Below, in pieces: positions 19,144 to 28,106 of a stretch of DNA of 64,000 nucleotides. The position numbers were made by a program, and so were the translations under genes. Source of the DNA: Bacteroidaceae bacterium (lineage in GTDB: Bacteria > Actinomycetota > Coriobacteriia > Coriobacteriales > Coriobacteriaceae); the NCBI GenBank assembly GCA_963630805.1, contig CAVGNZ010000051.1, forward strand, positions 43,255 to 107,254, written 5' to 3'. Positions within the stretch are counted from its first letter, which is position 1, and every line of letters begins with the position of its first letter. The notes below the pieces were generated by a model, which was given only the letters and a program-made list of their open reading frames with translations, did not search any database and was not told where the DNA came from.

Positions 19144-20307
19144 CTACTTGATCACGCGCACGCGATAGATCGCGGGGATCTCCTTCAGTGCGGCGATGGT
19201 GGCGTCTTCCAGGTGCTCATCGGTGTCGAACATCGTGTAGGCGTTCTCGCCGGCGCTTTCGTTGACCATGCGCTGCACGTTGGCGTTGTCCTTGGCAAGG
19301 ATGGCCGTGATCTGGCCGATCATGTTGGGGACGTTGGCGTGCAGGCACGCGATGCGGCTCGCGGCGCGCGCCTTGCCCATGCTGCAGGCAGGGTAGTTAA
19401 CGGAGTGCGCGATGTTACCGTTCTCCAGGTAATCCTTGAGCTCGGAGATGGCCATGTCGGCACAGTTGGCCTCGGCCTCTCCTGTGCCCGCGCCGGAGTG
19501 CGTGGTGATAAACGTGTTGGGCATCTTGACCGTCTTGGGCGTGGCGAAGTCGGTGGAGAACCAGCTCAGCTTGCCTGCACGCAGCGCGGCGTCCACGGCG
19601 TCCTCGTCCACGATGGTCTCACGCGCGTAGTTGATAAGCACGGCGTCGGGCGCCAACAGGTCGATCTGCTCGGTCGAGATCATGCCGATGGTGTCAGCCT
19701 TGCTGGGTACGTGCACCGTCAGGTAGTCGCAGCCACGGCACAGGTCCTCAAGGGTGCCTACGCGCTGCACGCTCTGTGAGAGCGCCCATGCGTGCTCGAC
19801 GGAGATGAACGGGTCGTAGCCGTAGACGTCCATACCCAGGTCGACGCACGCGTTGGCCACCTTGGAACCCACGTTGCCCAGACCCACCACGCCGATGCGC
19901 TTGCCCTTAAGCTCGCGGCCTACAAAGGCCTTCTTGGCCTTCTCGGCGTTGACCAGGATGTTCGGGTCTTCGGCGTTCGCGCGCACCCACTGCATGGACT
20001 GCACGATGCCGCGGCTCGAGAGGATCAGCGCGGCAAGCACGATCTCTTTCACAGCGTTGGCGTTCGCGCCCGGCGAGTTGAACACCACGACGCCCTGCTT
20101 GGCGTACTCCTCGATGGGGATGTTGTTCACGCCGGCGCCGCAGCGGGCGATCGCGCGGATGCCCTCGGGCAGCTCGTAGCCGTGCAGGTCCGTGGAGCGC
20201 ATGAGGATGGCGTCGGCCTCCTCGACGGTGTCTACAAACTCGTAGCCGGCGCCGAACTCTACGCTGCCGTCTTTGGTGATGTCGTCGATGGTCTTGATCT
20301 TGCGCAT
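19144..20307 (-). CDS. serA: D-3-phosphoglycerate dehydrogenase
   Basis: CGAGVNNIP, NAD fold IGVVGLGNVGSKVA and a C-terminal ACT-like domain. ATG at 20307 is preceded by GGAAAGGA. The N-terminal extension in the track ORF is not needed. Confidence 0.9.
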   Translation of the reverse strand: MRKIKTIDDITKDGSVEFGAGYEFVDTVEEADAILMRSTDLHGYELPEGIRAIARCGAGVNNIPIEEYAKQGVVVFNSPGANANAVKEIVLAALILSSRGIVQSMQWVRANAEDPNILVNAEKAKKAFVGRELKGKRIGVVGLGNVGSKVANACVDLGMDVYGYDPFISVEHAWALSQSVQRVGTLEDLCRGCDYLTVHVPSKADTIGMISTEQIDLLAPDAVLINYARETIVDEDAVDAALRAGKLSWFSTDFATPKTVKMPNTFITTHSGAGTGEAEANCADMAISELKDYLENGNIAHSVNYPACSMGKARAASRIACLHANVPNMIGQITAILAKDNANVQRMVNESAGENAYTMFDTDEHLEDATIAALKEIPAIYRVRVIK

Positions 20308-20416
20308 GGGAATTCCTTTCCGCGCCGACCGCATTGCGCGCGGCGGCGTTGGGGCGATACGGGGAGGGGAGGAGGCGAGGAGCCGGCTCAAACGGGCCGA
20401 ACCTCATCGGCAGGCC

Positions 20417-21514
20417 CTAAGATCGATGCCCCCGCTCGAAGTCCTCCATGTAGGAGGCCAGCGCTTCGACCGATTCCATGGGCACGGCGTTGTAGACGCT
20501 CGCGCGCATACCGCCCACCAGGCGGTGGCCCTTGACGTTCTCCATATGGCGCTCACGCGTGCCGGCGATGAACTCCGCGTCCAGCTCGGGCGAGCCGGTG
20601 CGGAAGGTGACGTTGGCGATGGAGCGGCTGCCCGGCTGGGCGGTGCCGTGGAAGACCTCGCTCGCATCGAGCAGGTTGTAGAGCAAGTTGGCCTTTTTCC
20701 AGTTGCGCTCGGCCATGGCCTCAAGGCCGCCCGTCTCCTCGACCCAGCGGAACACCTTGCCGCATACGTAGATGCCAAAGGTGTTGGGCGTGTTGAGCAT
20801 GGAGCCCTTATCTGCCTCGAGCGCCAGGTCCATATACTGCGGAGTCTGGGCAAAGGCGGGGCCGTCGCCCAGCAGGTCATCACGCACGATGACCACGGTC
20901 ACGCCCGCGGCGCCAGCGTTTTTCTGCGCGCCGGCGTAGATGAGGCCGTAGCGAGAGACATCGAGTGGCTGCGACAAAAAGCAGCTCGAGACATCGGCGA
21001 ACAGCGGGGTGTTGCCGCACTCGGGCAGCTCGTGGAACATGGTGCCGAAGATGGTGTTGTTCTGGCAGATGTAGACGTAGTCCAGGTCGCCTGCGGCGGC
21101 GCGCTCGGCGACGGGGGCGAGGTCGGGAATGCGGTCGAACCCGGTCTCCTCGGAGCTTGCCAGACACACGGCGTCGCCGTACTTGGCAGCTTCCTTCCAG
21201 GCCTTCTTGGCAAAATTGCCCGACACCACGTAGCCCGCGCGGCCACGGCGCATGAAGTTCATGGGGATGCCGGCGAACTGCAGCGTGGCGCCGCCCTGCA
21301 AAAAGAGCACGCGGTAGTTATCGGGCACGCCCAGCACGCGGCGCAAGGTGGCCTCGGCGTCGTCGATGATCTGCTGGTACATGGGAGATCGGTGACTCAT
21401 CTCCAGCACGGACATGCCGCACCCGCGGTAATCGAGCATCTCGCTTGCGATCTCTGCAAGCACGCTCTCGGGTAGCGCGGCGGGGCCGGCTGAAAAGTTA
21501 TGGACACGAGCCAT
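20417..21514 (-). CDS. serC: Phosphoserine aminotransferase
   Basis: N-terminus MARVHNFSAGPAALPESVL. Class-V aminotransferase over its full length. ATG at 21514 is preceded by GGAGG. Confidence 0.93.
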   Translation of the reverse strand: MARVHNFSAGPAALPESVLAEIASEMLDYRGCGMSVLEMSHRSPMYQQIIDDAEATLRRVLGVPDNYRVLFLQGGATLQFAGIPMNFMRRGRAGYVVSGNFAKKAWKEAAKYGDAVCLASSEETGFDRIPDLAPVAERAAAGDLDYVYICQNNTIFGTMFHELPECGNTPLFADVSSCFLSQPLDVSRYGLIYAGAQKNAGAAGVTVVIVRDDLLGDGPAFAQTPQYMDLALEADKGSMLNTPNTFGIYVCGKVFRWVEETGGLEAMAERNWKKANLLYNLLDASEVFHGTAQPGSRSIANVTFRTGSPELDAEFIAGTRERHMENVKGHRLVGGMRASVYNAVPMESVEALASYMEDFERGHRS

Positions 21515-21716
21515 GTGGACCTCCAAACCCAGACTGAGGTTCCAACACTCTAGCACGTAAACCCGAGTGGTTTTCTATGTTTTACGATTCTGTTACACGC
21601 CTGTTGGGGCGTTGGGGTGCTGGGGCGGGGAGGGGCTGAATGGAAGTAGGGCACAGCCTGCTGCTTAGGGATCTTAAGTCGCTACATAAGCATGTCGATG
21701 ACAGCGAGACGGCGCG

Positions 21717-22037
21717 CTAGCTTGCGTTACGGTAACTGACGATCGCGTCGTCATCGAGAGGGCGGGATTCATGCATGAACGCGAAGATGAGAATCTGGTT
21801 CTCTTCGGGTTTGACGCGGTAGATGAGCCGATACTTGCCGATTCGCACTCGGTAGACGGTTTCGCCAACAAGTTCACTGGCAGCGTGATCGACAATTCTA
21901 AAGCGCTCTTGTGTTTTGAGTTTCTCCAGGGTGCTGCTCACGGTGTTCAGGAGAGTTGCAGCGTAGGATCCGTTATTGCAAACGTATTGAATGTAATCGA
22001 TGGTCTCGTTAAGTCGATGACGGGCATAGCCGGTCAT
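21717..22037 (-). CDS. ParE/RelE-family type II toxin (start uncertain)
   Basis: VYRVRIGKYRLIYRVKPEENQILIFAFMH is the typical ParE/RelE C-terminal core. The first ATG after the antitoxin stop is at 22037. An upstream ATG at 22091 would add the expected N-terminal strand (IVFDVRMT) but overlaps the antitoxin gene by 47 nt. Confidence 0.7.
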   Translation of the reverse strand: MTGYARHRLNETIDYIQYVCNNGSYAATLLNTVSSTLEKLKTQERFRIVDHAASELVGETVYRVRIGKYRLIYRVKPEENQILIFAFMHESRPLDDDAIVSYRNAS

Positions 22038-22044
22038 TCTGACA

Positions 22045-22197
22045 TCAAAGACTATGGGCGACTCGAATTTTCTCGATAGCAGCAAAGGCATCGATGCCCT
22101 CATCGTTAAGCGATTCGCTGTAAGCCTCGAGAATCGCTCTCTTCTGCTCGTCGGTTAGCTTCTCGGTCTTATCTTGTTCGAGGATTGCGGTTGCCAT
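22045..22197 (-). CDS. Putative antitoxin (50 aa) paired with the ParE/RelE toxin
   Basis: Small acidic ORF directly upstream, with its stop 7 nt before the toxin ATG. RBS GAGAGGAG. I could not assign a family. Confidence 0.55.
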   Translation of the reverse strand: MATAILEQDKTEKLTDEQKRAILEAYSESLNDEGIDAFAAIEKIRVAHSL

Positions 22198-22528
22198 AAC
22201 GTCTCCTCTCAAAGGGCTCAAACAAGCGCCTTGCTCAGGCGCGGTCTGCATTCGCGCGAAAATGCCGGGGGAGACACCTCGGCGGCCCTTTAGGAGTCTC
22301 TTTGCGGAATGTCTAGTCTCTTTATACCACGGTCGAGACGAGTCCAGCTAAGAGGTGATGGCACAAACATAAGTTCGATATATAGAAGATTGGATGCCTG
22401 GCCCCAGCACTACCGGCGTTTACCTGAAATGGGGGCGTGCATAGGCGGCGCGTGCCTCGCTGCTTTAGCCGTTTGACGTGGTTCTGCTACCATTGGACGG
22501 CGTCGGTTGAAGGGAAGGACGACTCATC

Positions 22529-24151
22529 ATGCGGAATGTGACCGAAATGCTTCGGGGGGGGCTTCATAGGCTTCCGCCTTTCATTCTGAAGTTCTTCGGT
22601 TTCTATATTGCAGCGACCCTTGCCTGCGTGGTATTCATCGCTCCGTTCGTTGACTATTCTTGTGGCCGGTCCGACATCGTTTCTTACGGCGTCCCGCTGT
22701 TCTTGCTATCGTTGCTGGCCTGCTCGGTTGTTGTCGTGCTGTTCTCCTGCGTGCGGAGCAAGACGTCACAGCTAAAGCACTTCGGCCTTCTCGTGTTCGG
22801 CATGGGGATCGCCCTGTTGGCGGCACAACTTTACTTTGAGAAGTCGGCAGGCTTCATTACGGGCTGGGACGTAAGTGTGCTGACGCAAGTGGGGGATCGA
22901 GCGCCGGCCGACACAGAGTTCCTCTCGCGCTATTTTTCGATTTATCCCAACCAGGTCCTTCTGTATGGCCTGTTTCACAAGTTGGCCTCCGTGGCGTCTT
23001 TGTTTGGGCTGTCGTCCTATCGAGCGCTGGTCTACGGCAGCTGCTTCTGCGTGACCATCTCAATTGTCCTTGCGACCTTTGTGTGCCGACGCCTGTTTGG
23101 GGATGTTCGTGCGCTGATCTTCCAGGTGCTCGCTTCTCTTTTTATCGGAATCAATGGATGGATTCTCGTACCGTATTCTGACACCTATGGAATGCTGTTT
23201 ACCTGCACGGCGCTCTGGTTCTATGTGATTCCTCGCCGACGCTCGGTGAGGCTGCTTGGCGTGACCGCGATCTCTCTTTTGGGCTATATGGTTAAGCCCA
23301 CTGCAGTATTCCTTCTCTTTGCGATTGTGTGCCTTGATTGGATTCCGGCGGCGGTCCGCAGCTTTTCGCGTACCACGGTGCGGAATCTACTGTTTAAGGC
23401 ATTGCCGGCTGCCGTGCCCGTCGTATTCGGCATAGTTCTCGCCTTGGGTGCTGGACAGCTCGTGAAGGGCAGCTACTTCACCATCAATGAGAACGCGTCT
23501 TACGGGATGACGCATTTTCTCGCCATGGGTATCAATCCGGAGAGAAAAGGCGTCTACTCGTTGGAGGAGAATGAGCTCTCGGGTTCCATCGCAGACCCGG
23601 ACGAGCGCCGTGCCGCTCAGCTCGCCCTCTGGAAAGAGCATCTCTCTGAACTTGGACCGGTTGGTGTAGTCAAGATCTGGTTCCAGAAGAACCTCACCAA
23701 TTACGCCGATGGAACGTTTGCATGGAAGATGGAGGGCGGCTTCATTCAGGAAATTACGGGAGACTCTCCTGCGGTCAAAAGCTGGCTGGGCATCGCGGCA
23801 GACGGTGAGACGGGAAGCTCGTCTACTGCGTATGGCTGGTACTGCCAGATTCTCTGGATCGCTGTGCTCATCGGTTGCGCCACTTCGGCAAGGCGCCGTG
23901 CGCGCTATCTTGGGCTGTCTGACCCAAGCGAGACGACGCGTTCGACGAATCACGTGTGTGCCGTCATAGCCCTTACGCTCATATTCCTCTCGGGCTTCCT
24001 GCTTATTTTTGAATGTCGCGCCCGGTACCTCTTCCTGTTCTCGCCCTTCTACGTGCCTCTTGCAATCGATGGACTTATCGGTAAGGGGTCCACGGGTGAG
24101 TTTATCGCGCGCAAGCTTGCGCTCTTACGTGAGGAGTGGAGCCGGCTTTAG
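22529..24151 (+). CDS. Large polytopic membrane protein, possibly a GT-C-fold (ArnT/PMT-like) glycosyltransferase
   Basis: 540 aa with at least 10 hydrophobic segments, followed by a soluble stretch and two further TM segments. The function call rests on architecture only. Confidence 0.5.
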   Translation: MRNVTEMLRGGLHRLPPFILKFFGFYIAATLACVVFIAPFVDYSCGRSDIVSYGVPLFLLSLLACSVVVVLFSCVRSKTSQLKHFGLLVFGMGIALLAAQLYFEKSAGFITGWDVSVLTQVGDRAPADTEFLSRYFSIYPNQVLLYGLFHKLASVASLFGLSSYRALVYGSCFCVTISIVLATFVCRRLFGDVRALIFQVLASLFIGINGWILVPYSDTYGMLFTCTALWFYVIPRRRSVRLLGVTAISLLGYMVKPTAVFLLFAIVCLDWIPAAVRSFSRTTVRNLLFKALPAAVPVVFGIVLALGAGQLVKGSYFTINENASYGMTHFLAMGINPERKGVYSLEENELSGSIADPDERRAAQLALWKEHLSELGPVGVVKIWFQKNLTNYADGTFAWKMEGGFIQEITGDSPAVKSWLGIAADGETGSSSTAYGWYCQILWIAVLIGCATSARRRARYLGLSDPSETTRSTNHVCAVIALTLIFLSGFLLIFECRARYLFLFSPFYVPLAIDGLIGKGSTGEFIARKLALLREEWSRL

Positions 24152-24250
24152 AACCCGAGCCCCGTGGAGAGTTCGAGCACGTCACTGCTATGGGTCTGCG
24201 CTTGTGATACCATCACTCCTCGTATGTTTTAATTCTCAAAGGAGTATTCC

Positions 24251-24505
24251 GTGGGTCCTCTTCAGATCGTTCTCTTTACCGTCTGGGCAATTTCTGCCGT
24301 GGCGCTCATCGCGCTTGTCCTCATGCACTCCGGTAAGGGCACCGGCGTTTCCGACATGATTGCCAGTTCGCTCTACAACTCCAGCGCCGCAACCGGCGTT
24401 ATGGAGCAAAACCTGGACAAGCTCACCGTCATCGTTGCCGTGGTCTTCGGCATCTGCGTGGTGCTTGCCATGTTCTTCTTCCCGCAGGGCATCTACGGCA
24501 TCTAA
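24251..24505 (+). CDS. secG: Preprotein translocase subunit SecG
   Basis: 84 aa with two TM segments. LMHSGKGTGVSDMIASS matches the SecG signature (GKG.G.S). GTG start follows AAAGGAG. Confidence 0.88.
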   Translation: MGPLQIVLFTVWAISAVALIALVLMHSGKGTGVSDMIASSLYNSSAATGVMEQNLDKLTVIVAVVFGICVVLAMFFFPQGIYGI

Positions 24506-24539
24506 GCCGGCGGCAAACACAGCGCGCTTAAACGCTTGA

Positions 24540-24568
24540 ACGGCCATCCGCACGGGTGGCCGTTTTTT
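24540..24568 (+). terminator. Intrinsic terminator after secG
   Basis: Stem acggccatcc / gggtggccgt with loop gcac, followed by a T-run at 24563-24568. Confidence 0.8.
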
Positions 24569-24669
24569 GTTCCGCGAGCGCCTGGCGCCCCGTGCGGGCG
24601 GTGGTAGAGTAGCAACCGCGCGGTACACTTCGCGCACCGCACCGCGCGCCCAGACCGGCAGGAGGCACC

Positions 24670-25014
24670 ATGGCAGCAGACGAGTTCACCCTCTATGACC
24701 TCAAGGTCGAGGTCGTGCCCGGAGACAAGCCCTTTGTGTGCTCGCACCATGTGGGCGACAGCTTTCTGGTCGAGGGCGAAAACCTCGTTTTCCCTGCAGA
24801 CGCGCGCTTCTCGCAGTACGCGCTGGCCGCGATCCTGCCTGTGCTTCCCGCCAAGCAGCGCCCGTGCGAGCCGGCCGACTGGATGGCTACCGACGCCCTT
24901 ATCGCCTGTCCCGATCCCAACTGCGGCGCCCGCTTCAAGATCACGCGGATAGGGGAGCGCACCTTCCGCCACGGCGACTGCACCGTCGTCCCCCTCAACA
25001 TCACCAAGGAGTAA
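24670..25014 (+). CDS. TIGR04076-family small Cys-rich protein
   Basis: 114 aa. LYDLKVEVV...CSHHVGDSF...ACPDPNCGARFKI matches my recollection of the TIGR04076 family. Confidence 0.7.
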   Translation: MAADEFTLYDLKVEVVPGDKPFVCSHHVGDSFLVEGENLVFPADARFSQYALAAILPVLPAKQRPCEPADWMATDALIACPDPNCGARFKITRIGERTFRHGDCTVVPLNITKE

Positions 25015-25019
25015 CACCC

Positions 25020-26111
25020 ATGACTATATCCAACACCGATACCACAGCCCGCGCCGAGCGCATCGAGCTCGCGTCCGGCTACAGCGTGAGCCGCGTCATC
25101 AACGGCTGCTGGCAGCTTTCCGAGGGCCACTCCATCACGAGCGCAATCGACTTCAACGATGTAACGCGCGCCTTTCTCGAGCTCACTGCGCGCGGCTTCA
25201 CCACCTTTGACTGCGGCGACATCTACACCGGCGTGGAGGAGTTCCTGGGCACCTTTGTGGATCGCCTGCGCGCGGGCGAGGGCGCCGTGGGCGCCGACGA
25301 CATCCAGATCCACACCAAGTACGTGCCCGATCTGGACATACTCGCCAACGTGGACTTTGCGCACACCGAGTCGATCATCGACCGCAGCCTCTCCCGCCTG
25401 CACCGCGACGCCCTCGACCTCGTGCAGTTCCACTGGTGGGACTACGACGTTCCCGGCTACGTGGAGACGGCGCTCGACCTGGCCGAACTGCAGCGCCGCG
25501 GCAAGATCCGTCACATCGGCGTCACCAACTTCGACGCGCCGCATCTCAAAGAGATCGTGGACGCGGGCGTAAAGGTCGTCTCGTGCCAGAGCCAGTACTC
25601 GCTGTTCGACCGTCGCCCGGAGTACCGGCTCGCCGACTACTGCGAGCAGGCGGGCATCAAGCACGTGTGCTACGGCACGCTGGCCGGCGGCCTGCTCAGC
25701 TCCAAATGGATGGGTGTTGCGCACCCCGCGCCCGAGACGCGCTCGCAGGTCAAATACATGCAGGTGCTCGAGGACTCCGTGGGCTGGGAGGGCTATCAAA
25801 AGCTGCTTGAGCTGCTGAGCCAGATCGCTGCGCACTACGGCGTGCAGCCGAGCCACGTGGCCACGCGCTATATCCTTGCGCGCAAGAGCGTCGCCTGCGC
25901 CATCGTGGGCGTGCGCAACAGCCGCCACGTGGAGGACAACTGCAAGATCTTCAGCTTTGAGCTTACGCCCGAGGACGATGCGGCCATCACGGCGTTTTTG
26001 GACGCCTATCCGCGCCTCGAGGGCGACTGCTACACGCTCGAGCGCACCAGTCCGCGCTACCGCGGCATCATCCACATGAACGTGAACGAGGAGGAGCAGG
26101 GCGGAAACTAG
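25020..26111 (+). CDS. Aldo/keto reductase
   Basis: TFDCGDIYTG, LDLVQFHWWD, IRHIGVTNF and CQSQYSLFDRR are typical AKR strings. The ATG is 3 nt after the stop of the preceding gene. Confidence 0.85.
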   Translation: MTISNTDTTARAERIELASGYSVSRVINGCWQLSEGHSITSAIDFNDVTRAFLELTARGFTTFDCGDIYTGVEEFLGTFVDRLRAGEGAVGADDIQIHTKYVPDLDILANVDFAHTESIIDRSLSRLHRDALDLVQFHWWDYDVPGYVETALDLAELQRRGKIRHIGVTNFDAPHLKEIVDAGVKVVSCQSQYSLFDRRPEYRLADYCEQAGIKHVCYGTLAGGLLSSKWMGVAHPAPETRSQVKYMQVLEDSVGWEGYQKLLELLSQIAAHYGVQPSHVATRYILARKSVACAIVGVRNSRHVEDNCKIFSFELTPEDDAAITAFLDAYPRLEGDCYTLERTSPRYRGIIHMNVNEEEQGGN

Positions 26112-26267
26112 GCCTCGCCGCAGGCCAGCGCTTCGGGGGATATCAAACGCGCCGGCCCGGCTCGTCCCGACCGCTCAACCGTTCGCCTTAAATTGTTTCA
26201 AAACCGTTTCGCCCAGCGCTATACTCATGCCCGTTGCGCGGACGGCGGATGGCATGGCTGCCCGTGC

Positions 26268-26295
26268 AAGCGCCCTTCGGGGCGCTTTGGTTTTT
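26268..26295 (+). terminator. Terminator-like UUCG hairpin in the leader of the orphan substrate-binding-protein gene
   Basis: Stem aagcgccc / gggcgctt with loop ttcg, followed by tggttttt. It lies 36 nt upstream of the ATG at 26331. Confidence 0.5.
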
Positions 26296-26330
26296 GGGCC
26301 CGCTGGGGCCCGGTTTGAAAGGAAGCTGCC

Positions 26331-27995
26331 ATGACCAAGAACCTGATGATGGGTCGCCGCGCCTTTGTGGGCGGCACGCTCGCCACGAGTGCCCTTGCCA
26401 CCCTTGCCGCCTGCGGCAAGAAGTCTGCCTCCGATGCCGGCTCCGCCTCCGGCGCCGAGGAAGGCGGCACCATCTACTTCTACATCAACAACCCTGCCTG
26501 CATCGACCCCTACGACACGCAGGAGTCCGAGGGCACGCAGGTCGAGTTCGAGCTGTTCGACGCCCTGACCCTCTATGACTTTGAGAAGAAGGAGCTCGTG
26601 GGCCTGGCCGCCGAGTCCTGGGAGCCCAACGACGACGCCACCCAGTTCACCTTCCATCTCAAGTCCGGCGCCAAGTTCCACAACGGCGAGACCGTGACCT
26701 CCGCGAGCTTCAAGTACGGCTTCGAGCGCATCTGCAACCCGGATACCAACCCCGGTTCGCCCTCCAACATCTCCTACCACCTGGCCTACGTTAAGGGCTA
26801 CGACGAGATGCTCGACGGCACGGCCACCGAGCTCTCCGGCGTCACCTGCCCCGATGACGACACCCTCGTAATCGAGCTCACCTCGGCCTTTGCAGACTTC
26901 CCCTATGTTTGCAGCCACCCGGCGCTGGCCCCCATCCCCGAGGCCGCCAAGGACGACTTCCAGACCTTCTACCTGGCGCCCATCGGCAACGGCCCGTTCA
27001 AGATGAACGGCAAGTGGGAGGACGGCCAGGAGATCATCCTCGACCGCTTTGACGATTACTATGGCGAGAAGGCCAAGCTCAGCTCCATCGTCTTCAGCAT
27101 CCAGAAGGACATGGAGACCGCCTACAAGGAGTTCCAGGCCGGTAACCTCGACGTCTGCGACGTGCCCGTGGCCCAGATCGACTCCGCTATCGAGGACCGC
27201 GGCGAGTCCGAGGACGGCTACACCATGTCCGAGGGCCATCACATGCTGCTCGGCGAGGAGATGTCGACCTACTACCTGATCATCAACAACACGGTTGAGC
27301 CGTTCAACAACCCCGAGTTCCGCCGCGCGCTCTCGCTCGCCATCAACCGCGAGGCCATCTGCGACACGCTCTTCAAGGGCACCCGCAAGCCCGCCGACGG
27401 CATCGTGCCGCCCGCCGTTGCCGGCTACGAGGAGCAGGCCTGGGCGGACTGCCGCTACGATGTGGACGCCGCCACCGAGCTGCTCGACAAGCTCTATCCG
27501 GCAGACTCCGACGGCTCTCGCGGCCTCAAGCTGACGCTCTCCTACAACCAGGACGGCGGCCACAAGGAGATCATGGAGTCCATCATCGGCGACCTGGCCA
27601 AGGTGGGCATCGAGGTTACCTCCGACACCCCCGAGTGGGCTGCCTACATCGACGAGCTGGATGCCAAGAACTACCAGTTTGGCCGCATGGGCTGGAGCGC
27701 CGATTACCCCATCCTCGACAACTTCCTGTTCCCGATGTTCAACTCCGCGAGCTCCGATAACAAGACCGGCTACAACGACCCCGAGGTCGACGCCGCCCTT
27801 ACCGCCGCCCGCGCCATCGTGGACGATGACGAGCGCATCGCCGCGCTGCAGAAGATCAACCGCACCGTGGGCGACGCCATGCCCATCATCCCGCTGATGT
27901 TCTACGCGCACCAGATCTGCGGCTCCGACAACGTGAAGACGCTCTACGTCGACCCGTCCAAGCGTGCCGACCTCTCTACCGCTGAGCTCGCCTAA
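26331..27995 (+). CDS. ABC transporter substrate-binding lipoprotein, family 5 (peptide/nickel, OppA/DppA-like)
   Basis: Tat-like plus lipobox signal GRRAFVGGTLATSALATLAACGKK. Family-5 core over its full length. Confidence 0.9.
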   Translation: MTKNLMMGRRAFVGGTLATSALATLAACGKKSASDAGSASGAEEGGTIYFYINNPACIDPYDTQESEGTQVEFELFDALTLYDFEKKELVGLAAESWEPNDDATQFTFHLKSGAKFHNGETVTSASFKYGFERICNPDTNPGSPSNISYHLAYVKGYDEMLDGTATELSGVTCPDDDTLVIELTSAFADFPYVCSHPALAPIPEAAKDDFQTFYLAPIGNGPFKMNGKWEDGQEIILDRFDDYYGEKAKLSSIVFSIQKDMETAYKEFQAGNLDVCDVPVAQIDSAIEDRGESEDGYTMSEGHHMLLGEEMSTYYLIINNTVEPFNNPEFRRALSLAINREAICDTLFKGTRKPADGIVPPAVAGYEEQAWADCRYDVDAATELLDKLYPADSDGSRGLKLTLSYNQDGGHKEIMESIIGDLAKVGIEVTSDTPEWAAYIDELDAKNYQFGRMGWSADYPILDNFLFPMFNSASSDNKTGYNDPEVDAALTAARAIVDDDERIAALQKINRTVGDAMPIIPLMFYAHQICGSDNVKTLYVDPSKRADLSTAELA

Positions 27996-28106
27996 CGCGA
28001 GGCGCCTACGGTTAGCTAGAGACAAAGTCAAAAGAGGGGACGCGACGGCTGCATACGGCCGGCGCGTCCCTTTGCGTATAAAGGTGTATGAAGGGAAGGG
28101 ACCGTT

